Assembly: GCA_043228905.1 (NCBI GenBank) | Contig: JBHGNT010000022.1 | Coordinates: 6,014,001-6,078,000 of the forward strand | Direction of reading: 5' to 3' | Origin: Azolla caroliniana | Taxonomy: Eukaryota > Plantae > Polypodiophyta | DNA: 64,000 nt | In this document: positions 13,680-26,823 of the stretch, piece after piece | Numbering within the stretch: the first letter of the stretch is position 1 | Layout of the letters: the number at the start of each line of letters is the position of its first letter | Program-made: the position numbers and the translations under genes | The notes under the pieces: generated by a model | Database searches by the model: none | Told to the model about the DNA's origin: nothing | Seen by the model: the letters and a program-made list of their open reading frames with translations, nothing else

Positions 13680-14285
13680 ATAGCTACTACCATGATAGCT
13701 AATTAGCTATTCTCAATAGCTAATTTAGTTACTACCAGATAATTAGCTACCAAAATAGCTAACTAGCTACCAGGACAACTAATTAGCTACTAGGATAGCT
13801 AATTTTGTTATTACCATCTAATTAGCTACTAAGAAAGCTAATTAGCTCCCATGATAGTTAATTAGCTACTAGGACAGCTAATTAGCCACCATGATAGCTA
13901 ATTAGCTACTAGACCAGCTAATTAGCTACCATGATAGCTAATTAGTTACTAGGAAAGCGAAAAGCTAATTAGCTACCATGATAGCTAATTAGCTACTAGG
14001 ACAGCTAATTAGCCACCATGATAGCTAATTAGCTACTAGACCAGCTAATTAGCTACCATGATAGCTAAATTAGCTACAAGAATAGCTAATTAGCTACCAT
14101 GATAACTAATTAGCTACTAGGACAGCTAATTAGCTACTAGGACAGCTAATTAGCTACTAGGATATCTAATTAGCTACTAGGATAGCTAATTAGCTATCAT
14201 GATAGCTAATTAGCTACTAGGACAGCTAATTAGAAGAGCTAATTACCTACTAGGATAGTTAGCTAGTTACGAGAATAACTAATTC
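13680..14285. repeat. Array of the palindrome TAGCTAATTAGCTA with short spacers, inside the transposase intron
   Basis: Many copies separated by CCATGA or CTAGGA type linkers. Confidence 0.95.
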
Positions 14286-15482
14286 CCCTTTATTACGCAG
14301 GTCAATTTATTTATTAGGTTCAAACGAATGCATCCAAATATCAAAGTTCAACTACGAACATTCGAGTCTCTTAAGCCACACTTTGTGAGATGCTTAAAGG
14401 ATCGATACACATGTTGTTGCATTTACCATGTACAGATGGGTTTTCTGAAGGACTCTGTTAATCTGTTCGCATTCACAAGTGGAAGGATTGCGCATTCCAC
14501 TTGTAGAATCTTCTTAAAACGAAGCAAATACACTAGTATCACATGTTCCTCAACTTGATGAGAATTTGCAAATATAAAAATACATGATAGGTCTACGAGT
14601 GGAGATCATTAGAAATCATGCAAGTTTAGACGCGTTGATAAGTTAATGTAGGCATAATAAAGTTCAACAATGGCTCAATATGTCACTACTGTGCGACAAG
14701 GGAAACACTAACTTAAAGACTTATATTAATTAGGTAAGTTTTACAAAAATATGAGGTGTACTTGTATCCATACGAATAAAATGAGTTATAATTTATACTT
14801 TGACCCATACGTGCATGTATATAATTGTGGAAAATGTAGGATAGTGCACATTAGGATAAGTGATTGGAATAACTAACTTATTAAAGTATTCAATACTTAT
14901 ATTTAAAGTTGATCTAATCTATTCCTCAGTTTGTTCATATGGGATCAAACCATATGTATATAATTGTGGACAATGTAAGGCAGTGAACTTTAGGATAATG
15001 TTGTGGAAATAACAAACGTAATAAGGCTTTCATACCTGTATTTTAAATTGATCTACTCTATTGCTTAGGTGATTCACACAAGATCAAACTCCGAACGATA
15101 ACGCAAGTGGAACCATTATCAACACACTACACAATCTAAGCAGCAATGGAATAGAAACAAAATAGTTTTAACAATAGAAGACAACGATCCATAATAACAA
15201 CATGGAGAGTCATGGCAACAATTGTAGGGCCATGTTCTGTTAAGGTTAGCTTGGACCAAAATCAGCCTCCATTTAAAATAATTCATGTTTCTCCATCAAT
15301 TTGGTAGTCAGCTATGCACGCGGTGAAACCAATGTCATAAATCTACTAACCAAGTATATAAAAATAAAATTAAAACATATAGAAGATTATAAAGAATAGA
15401 ATCCACTAGGTAAAACCCAAAACTTGTATTAATAATGTGAAATCCAAACAAATCGTCAGTGTCATTTTCTTCATAGAGTCTA

Positions 15483-18400
15483 TTACATAGCGATCAATTC
15501 ATCAACGTCATTTTCTTCATCATCTTGTGTAGAACTCTCTTCGGCTATACGTGCATTGGCTTCCCCTGTTAGCCGAGCCAATGAAATATCTTCTATAAGC
15601 TCATCATCAAGCTCTATTAGCTCCCCCGGTTCGCCGGCTAACGGAGGAATAGGCTCTCGCGAAGTAGGTTGAAACCTTTCTGTATTAGCGAGGTTCTTTG
15701 CACCGACCTCCTCATCCTGGTCTGGGCACTCCCACAAAGCCTTAATCCGCATATTAATAAATATAACCTACTCCTCGTCCTTCTCCAATGCAATTGTATT
15801 TCTAAAGAGCTTCAATGCACATGCAGACGTCGTTCCTGTGAAGTAAGTAACAAGAAGATTTAGTTGTCAAACAAAAAAGATTCGGTATTGGTTATCTCAA
15901 GATCGTTACCCTAGTTCAAGGAATACCTGTGCCAGAAAAGAGATCTAATATCTAGTCTCCTTCGATAGAAAACATCTCGATCAAGCGCATCATAAGTCGT
16001 TGAGGTTTTTGATATGGGTTGACAAGTCCCCGTTTTGTCGTGGTGACATGTCGCAATTTCCGTGTCACTGCTGGATATACCTACAGATTTGAACCTCCCA
16101 CTTCATTAGAATGCTCCTTGATTCTCTGTTTCTTAATTTCATCGAAGTAGCCAACCGTGATGTATTCAATGGCATTAACAAACCGAAAAGTTGGCCCTCT
16201 ATTTACATTGGTCTTGATCCTATAAAAAATAATACATCGAGTTAAGAATAGATTGAACAACCTTAAGAAATGCAATATAGTGAAAGACACCTATAAATAA
16301 TCCTTACCATGCAAGGTTCTCGATGCCATGGCAACGAGATCTCAAAGCTTCAGCTACTGAGTACCCTTGGTCCATACTATGAAAGACAACTATTCGCCAC
16401 AAGGATGCAGTCGTTAGCTTAGCGAAATCCTTGACCATCTTCTCCAATTCTTTAAACCTAAACGGTTCATCGTTGTATGATGACCCAACCATTCGAAATC
16501 CATAAGGAATATCTGCAATCATTAGCATATATTCCTTCTTTGGCACCTTTTGGATCAAGTCGACGACATCACCGCAAACCACATTGTAGTAAAGATCTCT
16601 CGTAATATCTTTTTTGTGGCTAAATTTTTTAAAGGAGCCGTCTTCCTCCATTTCATACGCTTTGACTAAGCGACGATCCTTTTCTTTTCTGGCTCGCTCG
16701 AGATGTTCAAGGAAGGATGTAGGGAAATCGTGTATATCCTTAACTTCTCCTTGTTTCTTGCCTCGACACGGTTTCTAATAGAAGCAATAGGACATCATGT
16801 ATTATTATACAAGCTCTACATATAATGAAAGGGTAATGAAAAACCATCAATACTAACCCAATCCTTGAATGCAATAAAATACTCTGATAACGCCTTATAT
16901 GAAGACGTTAGAGGATAATCCTCGGTCACTTGCTCCCAAGTTATACATCCAAGTTGTTTCATCATAACTTCTTGGATCTTCATGTACACCTTATGACTGT
17001 AAAATTAGAAATCAAGATTAGAACTTCGAATTACACCATATAGACTACAATTTCAGTATTTGAAAGACTTACTTATTGAACTCAGTGACCATTTCTTCAA
17101 GGCTTAAATCTTTCCCCACAACCCTTGATAAAACAGACACAAGAAGCTACTCGTCCTTAATACCTTGCATCGCTCTCCACAGAGACAGCTTCATGTCATC
17201 TGCCGCTTCTTCAATTGTCAAGTCAATTTTCTTGGCGGCTTGTGACTTTAACTCTAATTGAGGGTCAACCTTACATTTCTTTTGTCATTGACCCTTTACC
17301 TCCTTATTCTCCCACATTGAGGAGATTTGATCTTGTAGGTCCCATACTTCTCCATCTCTAAACGCCAATTGAAACCAAGAATCATATTTTCGAAGACCAT
17401 CGAACTTAACATTATCATCTACAACAATGCCGACTTCATGCAGACATTGACGTCGTAGGCCTGGATGTAACTTCACACCAAACTTTTGTTTCACGTCCAA
17501 ATACTCATGGTGGAAGAACCTTATACGCTCAATGGACGACATTTTCTGCCTATAGTCATTATCATTATTATGGTCCCATGCCAACAGCTTAGCCTCTTCG
17601 GTTGTGAGCCCAACATAAATTTTGCACTCGGCATACTTGAAGAAGAAAGTCGTTGGATGTTCTCTCACAAGTTGCCGACATGCCTCCGTTGAATGCGATC
17701 CACCAATGACAAAGTAATTATATTGATCATGCTTTCTAATATCAAAATCTTCAATGGTTTCACATTCTTCAGGATCTACCATAACAATAAAAGGCACCAC
17801 AGTGGCATGAGGATTAATTTTCATTTTTTTCTTGAGATTTTGAACATGCATGCGGTGTGGCTCTCTAATCTCAAGTGGTCGTCGACCTGTTTTTTCATCA
17901 ATTAAACACTTGCCCTTTCCTGACCAGTTTACGCTGCATTAACTCTCTCCTTATCTTATTCTGCTCGGATGACAAAACACCCGATGCCAGCTCAGCTCCT
18001 AGGGTCCCCTTATTGTCCTCTTCGTTTTCACTTGTTGAATTGGTGTCCGACATTTTGGTTGTCTTCTTCTTTGGTGGTCTTGACTGGACTTTGGATACCC
18101 TTTTTGTGGCCTTCAATGGGGAGGGCACTTCATCTCTTAGAGTTACATGGCCTTGTATATAAGGCCTCAAGGTAACAATAAGGTTTTGGGAGCTTTCAAG
18201 ATCTTTTTTGAACGCTTATGGCCCACAAGATTCCTTTACTAAAAGATCTTCTGAAAGGAACACTTTACGTACCCCCTTGGAGCACTCTATCATTACCAGT
18301 ATGTTGGCCGAATCTGCATCTTTGTAGTCAAATCGTAGAATACGGCCATACATAAATGGGGTTTCCTTTCCAAGCTGCCCCTCCCCCTTCTTCTTTGTTG

Positions 18401-19028
18401 TATACAATACGGCTTTTTTCTTTGAGTCGACATATTGCATACACCATTCCTTGTCCGTTAGATCACGGTCAGGAAGGTCTTCACCTCCAGTAGCGGCTAC
18501 AAGTTTCTTTTGGCTAACGTCAATGTGTGGTTGAGATTTTGTCTCCTCATTGAAGAGAAGCTTTTTTCCTCTCTTCATGGTCTCAAGAGCTACCTTGGTC
18601 TGGGCTTCGATTGGAGAACCCTGTATGCGAAGCTTTATTTTCTTCACGGGTCGGTCCAACAGGTTCTCAAACGACCTATTTAAGAAAGTACATGCAAAAA
18701 CATAAGTTAGGTGGTCACGTAGATTAAGGTTGTATATTAAAATATAAATAAGTAGATGAAGAACAATTCTCACTAGCAGGCAATTAGTGGTGAAGTGAAA
18801 ATAATCCACGCCGTATCGAGTTATTGTTTAAAACCTAAACTTTAAACAGGAACTCGATACGGAATATGAACTCGATACGCTGTATCGAGTTCCTGTATAA
18901 AGTTTGTATTGTATACAGGAACTCGATATGGCGTATCGAGTTCTTGAGCGACAAAACATATTTACAAAAATGTCCATAGTGTCAGAGGCCTACCTGGAGT
19001 CCTCGCGCTCGATTCTCTTTGAAGACAT
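15483..19028 (-). pseudogene. Six-exon ParB-like domain plus beta-class N4/N6 DNA methyltransferase fusion gene (exons 19028-18994, 18675-17073, 16996-16858, 16774-16308, 16219-15927, 15835-15483)
   Basis: All five introns are GT-AG and phase-compatible. YFVIGGSHS ParB/Srx-like motif; CGD...MIADIPYG (motif IV); LAW-IK; NPYQKPQRLMMRLIEMFSIEGD*ILDLFSGT-GTTSACALKLFRNTIALEKD (motifs X, I, II). In-frame stops and a small deletion near 17898. Confidence 0.88.
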
Positions 19029-22000
19029 GGTTGATCATGTGGCAGTGGAGGCGGAGATCGCGCTTTTGTGCTTTGTGCTCTATGTGCTTTGTGTGCTTTG
19101 TGTGCTCTGTACGCTCTGTACACTCTTGTGTGCTCTTGTGAGTGAAATATGACGAGGTCTTTCTATTTATAGGGATTGACCACATTGGTTAAAGTAACCA
19201 TAGTCACCTTAACCAAGGTTGGTAAGTTTGAGGATAGTTAGTTGGTAACCACAGTCACATTAACTAGAGTAACTTATGATTGCATTAATGATTACAAAGT
19301 CAAACTAACATATTGATCAATCTTTTATAGTCATAACAACCTGCAATGACTTCAAAGGTCATGAAGGAGACAATGATAGAGGTTCATGAATGTACCAATG
19401 ATTGATTACTAAAAGCAACAATTTTTATGACTCTCAAATGCTGTGTATTAAAGATGTGGGCATGAATTAACCAATCATTGATAAGTCTAATATTTAAAAT
19501 GGTGAGCATTAAAGAACCAATGAGTGAGAGGTTCTATATCATATATGGGTGCCATTAATTAGCCAATGATTTTAGCATTAATCCAACATATTTATGGCTT
19601 GGTAATGATTAGATTTATATTATACTTGATTTAACTTCATATAGATGTAGTTTAAATAATAATTGATATTTTAAATACAATTACTATATTAAAAATAAAT
19701 TGTTTATGTATTGTATTAATATAATATTACATAATATAGACATTCTATTGATTTGGCTTTTGTTTAGAGGGAAGTTTATGTTTAGAGAGGAGCTTATTAG
19801 TTTTTTTCCTTACCCTAAGCACATAACTTACAGAGCCCTATCTAGACCTTAAGCCATGAGTGAAGATTCACCGTTCTCAATTGAAGAATATTGTTTGTCA
19901 TCAGACTCATCGTTTTCTACTGAAGAGTATTGTTTGTCGACAGACTCACCATATTCTATTGAAGAATATTGTCTGTCGACAGACTCACCATATTCTATCG
20001 AAGAATATTGTCTGAGCTCATCTACAGGGAATGTAAATAATGACACATGTGAAGAGTTCTCTATTGAAGAATACGATATTAATAAAGATACGGAGAATGA
20101 AGGTAGTGCCAAGGAAACATTGAATAACATTGGCGATGGTCACAACAAAGAATTAGATTGTAACAAGGTTACGCCAACCTCTATGCAGGAAGAGAAATCT
20201 GGGAGCCCTATGCATATTAGAAGAATACCACGAAGAATTCTTCTGGCTAGATTTAGCTTGGTGACATCAAATAAACAGATTGGATTTGATGTCAAAAAAA
20301 TATGTTGTGCCCGTGGTTGTATGTATGTCTATGATTGGAAAATCAAAGTTGCGAGAATTAAGGCGATACTATTTTTTGATGACCGGTGATGAGCAAGACA
20401 CTTACCTCGGGTCACATATGCAACTAGTATCTGACAAATGTACGGGGATCAAAGTATCATTCGAGTATTATATCTTCCATGCGCAACAGATATGTAGAGT
20501 TGCATTCAAAATTGCGTTATGTGTTAGTAACATGCGGCTACATAGAGTACAACAACGTCTACTTAGTGGGGATCAAATGCTCAATTGTAAAGAGGTTCCA
20601 AGTATGAAAGGTGCAATTGGAAGACATGCTATTGGTTGGATGAAAAGTTACTTTCAGTTAAATTGTGAAGTAATGCCCACTACAGGTAGGATACACCTTT
20701 CTGATAATTATACACGTCGGGAAGTTTATGATGTCTATCGATCTGATATGCTGGGCTCACGTAATAAGTCTATCACCTATAGCCAATTCACAAGATTATG
20801 GAGAGCTCGGTTTTCAAATGTTATCATTCCTCGTAAAGTACGTATGGGGTATTGCTCCATTTGTGCAAATCTTAAAAGTTTGGCTAAAGGTGCAAAGACA
20901 TCAATGGAAAAGGATATGAGTAAGAAGTTACTACAAGAGCATCCTGAGGCACAATCATTAGAACGAAAGAAGGCGATGCATCATAGAGAGAAGTGTTTGA
21001 AGAGGCCGGAACAATACATGTGCTTAATGATAGATGGCAGGGACCAGAAGAAGACGTGCTTGCCGCATATGCGGAGGCTCCCCAAAGATGTCAATGATGA
21101 GTGCCTTGTTCAAATCCCGGGGGCTCCACTATATATAAAGAGGTTGTATCACATGCGTTCATGACATATTTTATAAACCCCTTATACGTATGTTTTTTAT
21201 TATTTTAGAGACCCTTTTGTAAAAAAACAATTAATAAAAATACCGCTTAATGTAAATGTATTTTTTGACAACAACTCTTTTTAAATGCCCTTACATAGAA
21301 AACACATATATGTTCAATACATGTGTGTATGTATATATTGTATTGTATTGCATTTGTTGTATATATTTTGTGTATGGGTTATGTGTATGTATTGTATTCC
21401 ATGTTTATATATGCATGTGTTGTATATATTTTATGTATGGCATGTGTGTATGTATCTATGTGTTATATGTGCATGTAAGTGTAATGATATGTGTGTGTAT
21501 ATGTATGTATATATGTTTGTGTATGTGTGTACATGTGTTCTACATATGTGTGTGCGTTCTATATATGTGCATGCGTGAACGTGTTTTATACATGTCACTA
21601 CAACAAAATACACTAGTAGTGATGCAAAAACACATCATTATTGGCACTGCTTATATACCATCATTGTGCAACACCTTTTGAAAACATTAAATTTTGCTTT
21701 TACTATTTTTAATAATAATAATAATATTCTCTTTATTTCTTTTTTTAAAATATATGTTTGTATGTGTGGATGTATATATGTTTGTTTGCATGTATATTAG
21801 TGTGGAGCATATGTGTCTTCAAACCATCTTCGAAGAAGGATCACCATCTAAGCACTAAGCATGAAAGGTTATCTTCATTCCATGCCTATGTAACAATGCA
21901 TATATCGTGGCTTCCTGGAAGTGAAAAACAATATATCTAAAAGAGCATATATAATAACAAGAATACTACACTATGAGATGTCCAAGAATCATTCACAACA

Positions 22001-24353
22001 TTCAACTTGAGCAAGAACTTCACCGTATAAAAACGTTGCAATGCTACAACAAACACACTAAGTTTTTCTCTAAGAAAAATTGAGCGTTTGAGTCCCTAAA
22101 TTGTTACAATGCAATCACTCGCACACAATACTTTTAACCTATAAAACATATTCTCTTCCATAGCCATAGTTATTAATCTCTCTACAACAGAAACAAAGTA
22201 GGCTTGGGAACCCACAAAGCTTTACATCAAGAACATTTAATTTGAAATTTGCAAGAAAAGTAGTGTTGGGTTATCATCAATGTAAATATGATCAAGCTTC
22301 ATGTACATGCCCTTTATCATAGTCCTTATGAAATCTAACATTTGCAAACCTACACACAAAAAAAACACGCTTTACTTCTTTGTCGAGCACCATCGTTCAA
22401 TAAGTTGAAAACCTATAGAGTAATAATAAGAAACCAAAGGTTAATATATTGTTCTAATGAAATAACACAATCAAAATGATAGTTGCAAACAAAAGATGTG
22501 TAATAATCAAGAGCATGAATCATTATACCTTCACCTCTTAAGTAATGCTACAATCTTGATCCCATGCACAATAAAATCAACTTTTTTGGTTCATAATAAA
22601 ATTTGCAACAAACAAAAGATATAGAGTAATAATCAAGAAGCATCAATCATTATACCTTCATCTCCTAAGTGATCATGTGCACAATAACATCAACTTATGT
22701 GGTCCATAATATATATGCAACACATAACTATGTATGTGTATATATTTATAACCGTGTATGGATGCATGCCTAATGGTTTTCGTATTACTATATATGTCTC
22801 AATGAGCTCAGTTTTCTACAAGCCATCAATGCTGGAAGCCTGAATTAACGAAGCCTACTTCCTTATAGTTTCAAAGGAAACTCCAACATTGCAAGAATTA
22901 TTCACGGTCAACACACTCATATATGTCATTTCTTGCCCAAATAAACACATGCTTCAATCTCTTCCATTGTTCGTATGTTATCGTGCCACCTTGAATAGCA
23001 AAAAAATTTGGAAACGAAATTTGTTCATTTAGTAAAGAAATTTGGAAACGAAACAAGAGAATGGAACTTCATGTTTGGGTTAGCAGATTAAAATTATCGT
23101 TAATATAACACATATCAACAAGATCTATGACCTTTCTGGCAAAGATATCACAAAATAAATTAAGTGTTTTTTATGTGCACCTCAGTGTTGGTTGGTCAAG
23201 ATTCAAATGGCATGGCATACGCTCTTTGGAAGTTGTATTGGTTCGTCGTCTTTCTTTTTTTGATGATGGTAGATGTGGATTCAAGCTTGCATTCGCATGA
23301 AAGCTTGCACAAATCACAACAAACTCTTGTTCGATTGTCACTAGAGTCTCTGGCCTCTATTGTCAATCACTTCTTGAAGTTGCATGAGGTTTCTCAAGAT
23401 CGAAAGAGCTAGTCTTTCATGTGAAATGACAATAGCAAATACACAAAGTAACATGGCAAAAAAAACATGCGAGAGAATGCTCCAAATGCATGTGTGCATG
23501 CATTCATACATGCATACAAAAACAACCATGGACATGCATATGCAAATACACATACATGCATGCATGCACATGCATACACACACACATACAAACATCGTTA
23601 TAAACTGATATGGTACTAAACTAAGAACCTTCATGTTTGCAATGTCACCTTCCCTCATGTTTTCCGCATCATTATTTCCTACATCCTCCTCCTCCCCCTC
23701 TTCACCACAAACACTTGATTTATCATCGATCAAGTGACAATATTTCCACAAGACCCTCCAATTAATCTGATTTTTGGGGTATCCTTGCGAAGAAAATTCA
23801 TAGCCCGAAGTTTTGAATATATAATTAACATGATAATATATACAAGGCTATACAGAAATCAAAGTGAAATAAAAAGAAACCAAAAAAATGAACAATAAAA
23901 TTTCCGCAAAAGCTAAAGCTGTTATAATACAATTTAAAGATGCAAGATTGTAAAAATCAATTGAAAAATTACATGTGAAAAAAAGAAAACCAAATAATTC
24001 TTAAAATAAATGTTTTGTTTACAAAATTAGCAATCCTAAGCATTTCAAGATTATATAGGGAACAATGGAAAAATCGATGTAAAAAACAAAAAACGAAAGT
24101 TCACACATTAGAACTTATCCTTCTCTCCCACCTTCTTGTAACTCGTCTTGCACATCCTTGCTCGCTAGACGTGGACTACTTCGAAGACTAGGTCGATCAC
24201 GCTCATGGTGCTCTCTCTCTCTCTCTAGAATCATCTCTTTAGGGATATCAGTTTTTTTCCCATCTGAACCATACAAAAGGCCTCGAGTAACAAAAGCAAA
24301 AAGGAAGTCAATACTCAATTTGCAAACAAAAGTTTGTAAAGTTTTCATTTTGT

Positions 24354-24852
24354 TTACTTCCTCCAATTTTGCGAATCCGAGCCACCACTTGAATACCTAT
24401 TATTACCCCCACCATAACCACCAATGTGATTGTTGCCACCATAGCCACCATTTCCACCATCATTGGCATCATTATAGCCATCGGCACGGCCACTACCACC
24501 ATATCCATCGTTTCCTCCATCTGATCTCTCCTTGCTACCATAACTTCCACGATCTCCATATCGTGAACCACCACCTCTATTGGAGGCATGATAGCCTCCA
24601 TCATCCCGCCTGATCTTGGTTCATAGTAATGTTGCTTCCATTAAGATCTTTTCCATTCATCGACTCAATCGCTTGCTTATTAGAGAATGTCACAAAGCCA
24701 AAACCTCGTGATCATCTTGTTTCATAACCATTGATAAGCTTGGAGTTGATAACTTCGCTGAAGTATTGAAAGGCGTCGGCAAGGCTGCGATCATCGATGG
24801 TCCACGCGAGACCTCCGACGAAGCAGCAATACTCGAGATCTACAATAGTCAT
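24354..24852 (-). pseudogene. Processed pseudogene of a glycine-rich RNA-binding protein (GRP7/GRP8-like RRM)
   Basis: EYCCFVGGLAWTIDDRSLADAF...SKLING.ETR*SRGFGFVTF...MNGKDLNG, then a Gly/Tyr-rich tail ending NWRK*; no intron after SK; (GA)n leader at about 24892-24935. Confidence 0.85.
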
Positions 24853-24887
24853 GGAAGCTTTGAGGTGGGGGGGGGGGAGGAGGATAC

Positions 24888-24937
<50 letters not shown>

Positions 24938-25044
24938 TCTCCCCCACTTTTTACTAAAACACACCACATTTCTAATCTCCCCCCCTTTCATTTTTTAAAA
25001 ACAATTAGCAAGGCCTTGAGACGCGTTTTAAAAAGAGTGTTCTA

Positions 25045-26600
25045 CTGTGTATATGTATGTGGATATCTATATTTGTGTGTGTGTTATGCGCTATACATTT
25101 GCATATGTATGTATTGTACTCCATGCATTGTATGTGTGGCATGTGCATATGATGTATTGTAATTTGTATGAATAATTGGTATGGCATGTGTGTATGTATG
25201 TGTGTGTTATGTGAGTGTATGTTCTATATACATATGTGTATGTTACATGTATATATATGAGTGTGTTTATTTTATATATACATGCATATGTATTGTATTG
25301 CATATATATGTATGTATGTGTGTGTGACATGTGTGTGTGTGATATGTGTACATTTGTAAGTGAATATATATGTACATGTTGTATTGTATTAATTGTATGA
25401 TGTATCTATTGTATATACCTATGCATTGTATGTATGGGATGTGTGTATGTATGTATTGTATTGTATTGTATTGCATGTGTTGTATGTATTCTATATATGA
25501 CATAACATTGTGTGTAACTTTAGATGTGTATATTGGATCCATTATATGTTCAATGAATATATGAATGTACATATGTGTATATATGTAATATGTAATGTAT
25601 ACATATGTTTGTATGTGTATGCATACATGTGTGTCTGTAATATTTATATATTATGTACGTATTGTAATTTGTAGTTTGTATGACCTCGTATGACCTATAT
25701 ATATGGTGATATGTGGAATATGTATGTAATGCATATATATGTGTGTATGTGTATGGATGTATGTTTGTAAAATTTATACGTGTATCATTGTAGGCATATG
25801 TACGTATATATGTTTAGCAATGTATGAATGCATATATGTATGTCCATGTACAAATGTATGTATGTGTATATATATGTAATATATAATGTATTTATGTATG
25901 TATATTTTCGGGGTATTTTAGTGTTTAGTATGTGTATGGCTCATATTTAGATGTATGTTTGCAATACGCACATAATATGTATGCATGTGTGTGTGTGTGT
26001 GTGTGTACGTAATGTAGTTTGTATGACCCCGTATGACCTATATATATGGTGATGTGGAAGATGTATGTACATGTAGCATATGTAATGTAGGTATGTATGT
26101 TTATGCATATGTCAATGTACATGATTCAATGTGTATGGATGTGTGCTTGTAATTTGTGCAATGTGCATAATATTTATGTATATATCTAATGTATGTATGT
26201 GTATGTATATGTACTATTGTAGTGTGTATAACTCTGTGTGTGTGTGTATGTGGTGATATATATGTACATATGTATGGAATGTATGTATGTGTATGCATGC
26301 ATGTAATATATGTATGTGTATGCTTGCATTTAATGTATGCATGTGTATGTATGTATGTTTATATGTGTGACATTGTAGGCTTATGTACGTATATACATGT
26401 AGCAATGTATGAATGTATGTATGTGTATATATGTTATGTACTTATGTATGTATATTTTTAGTGTATTTTAATGGTTAGTATATGTATATAGCTCATATAT
26501 GGATGTATGTTTATAATATTCATATAATATACATGTATATATCTGATGTATGTGTAAGTATACATATATCCAATGTGTGTATGAATGTATATATGTATGT
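25045..26600. repeat. Degenerate (TA/TG)n low-complexity tract (also about 21310-21590 and 33240-33905)
   Basis: Directly visible alternating purine-pyrimidine sequence. Confidence 0.9.
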
Positions 26601-26823
26601 AAGTTTTTTTTTTTTTTTTTTTTCCAAAAAAGAATATACTCCATTAGTTAAAATATACATGAACTTGATCCCTTTCTCAGGTAGGCCGTGCCAAGATTAT
26701 CCTAGCCTACATACGAGAGATCTCACTTATTTATCTTACACTTTTACATATGACTCAAGCCATCCTTACAGGTACATCACCTACCTTCACTATCCCACTT
26801 GCCATGTCTTTCACGCCCCTCGT

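Noticed and set aside
15483-19028. Bacterial contamination or prophage as the source of the methyltransferase
   Set aside because: The gene has five phase-compatible spliceosomal introns and lies within nested plant transposons, with a homologous second copy.
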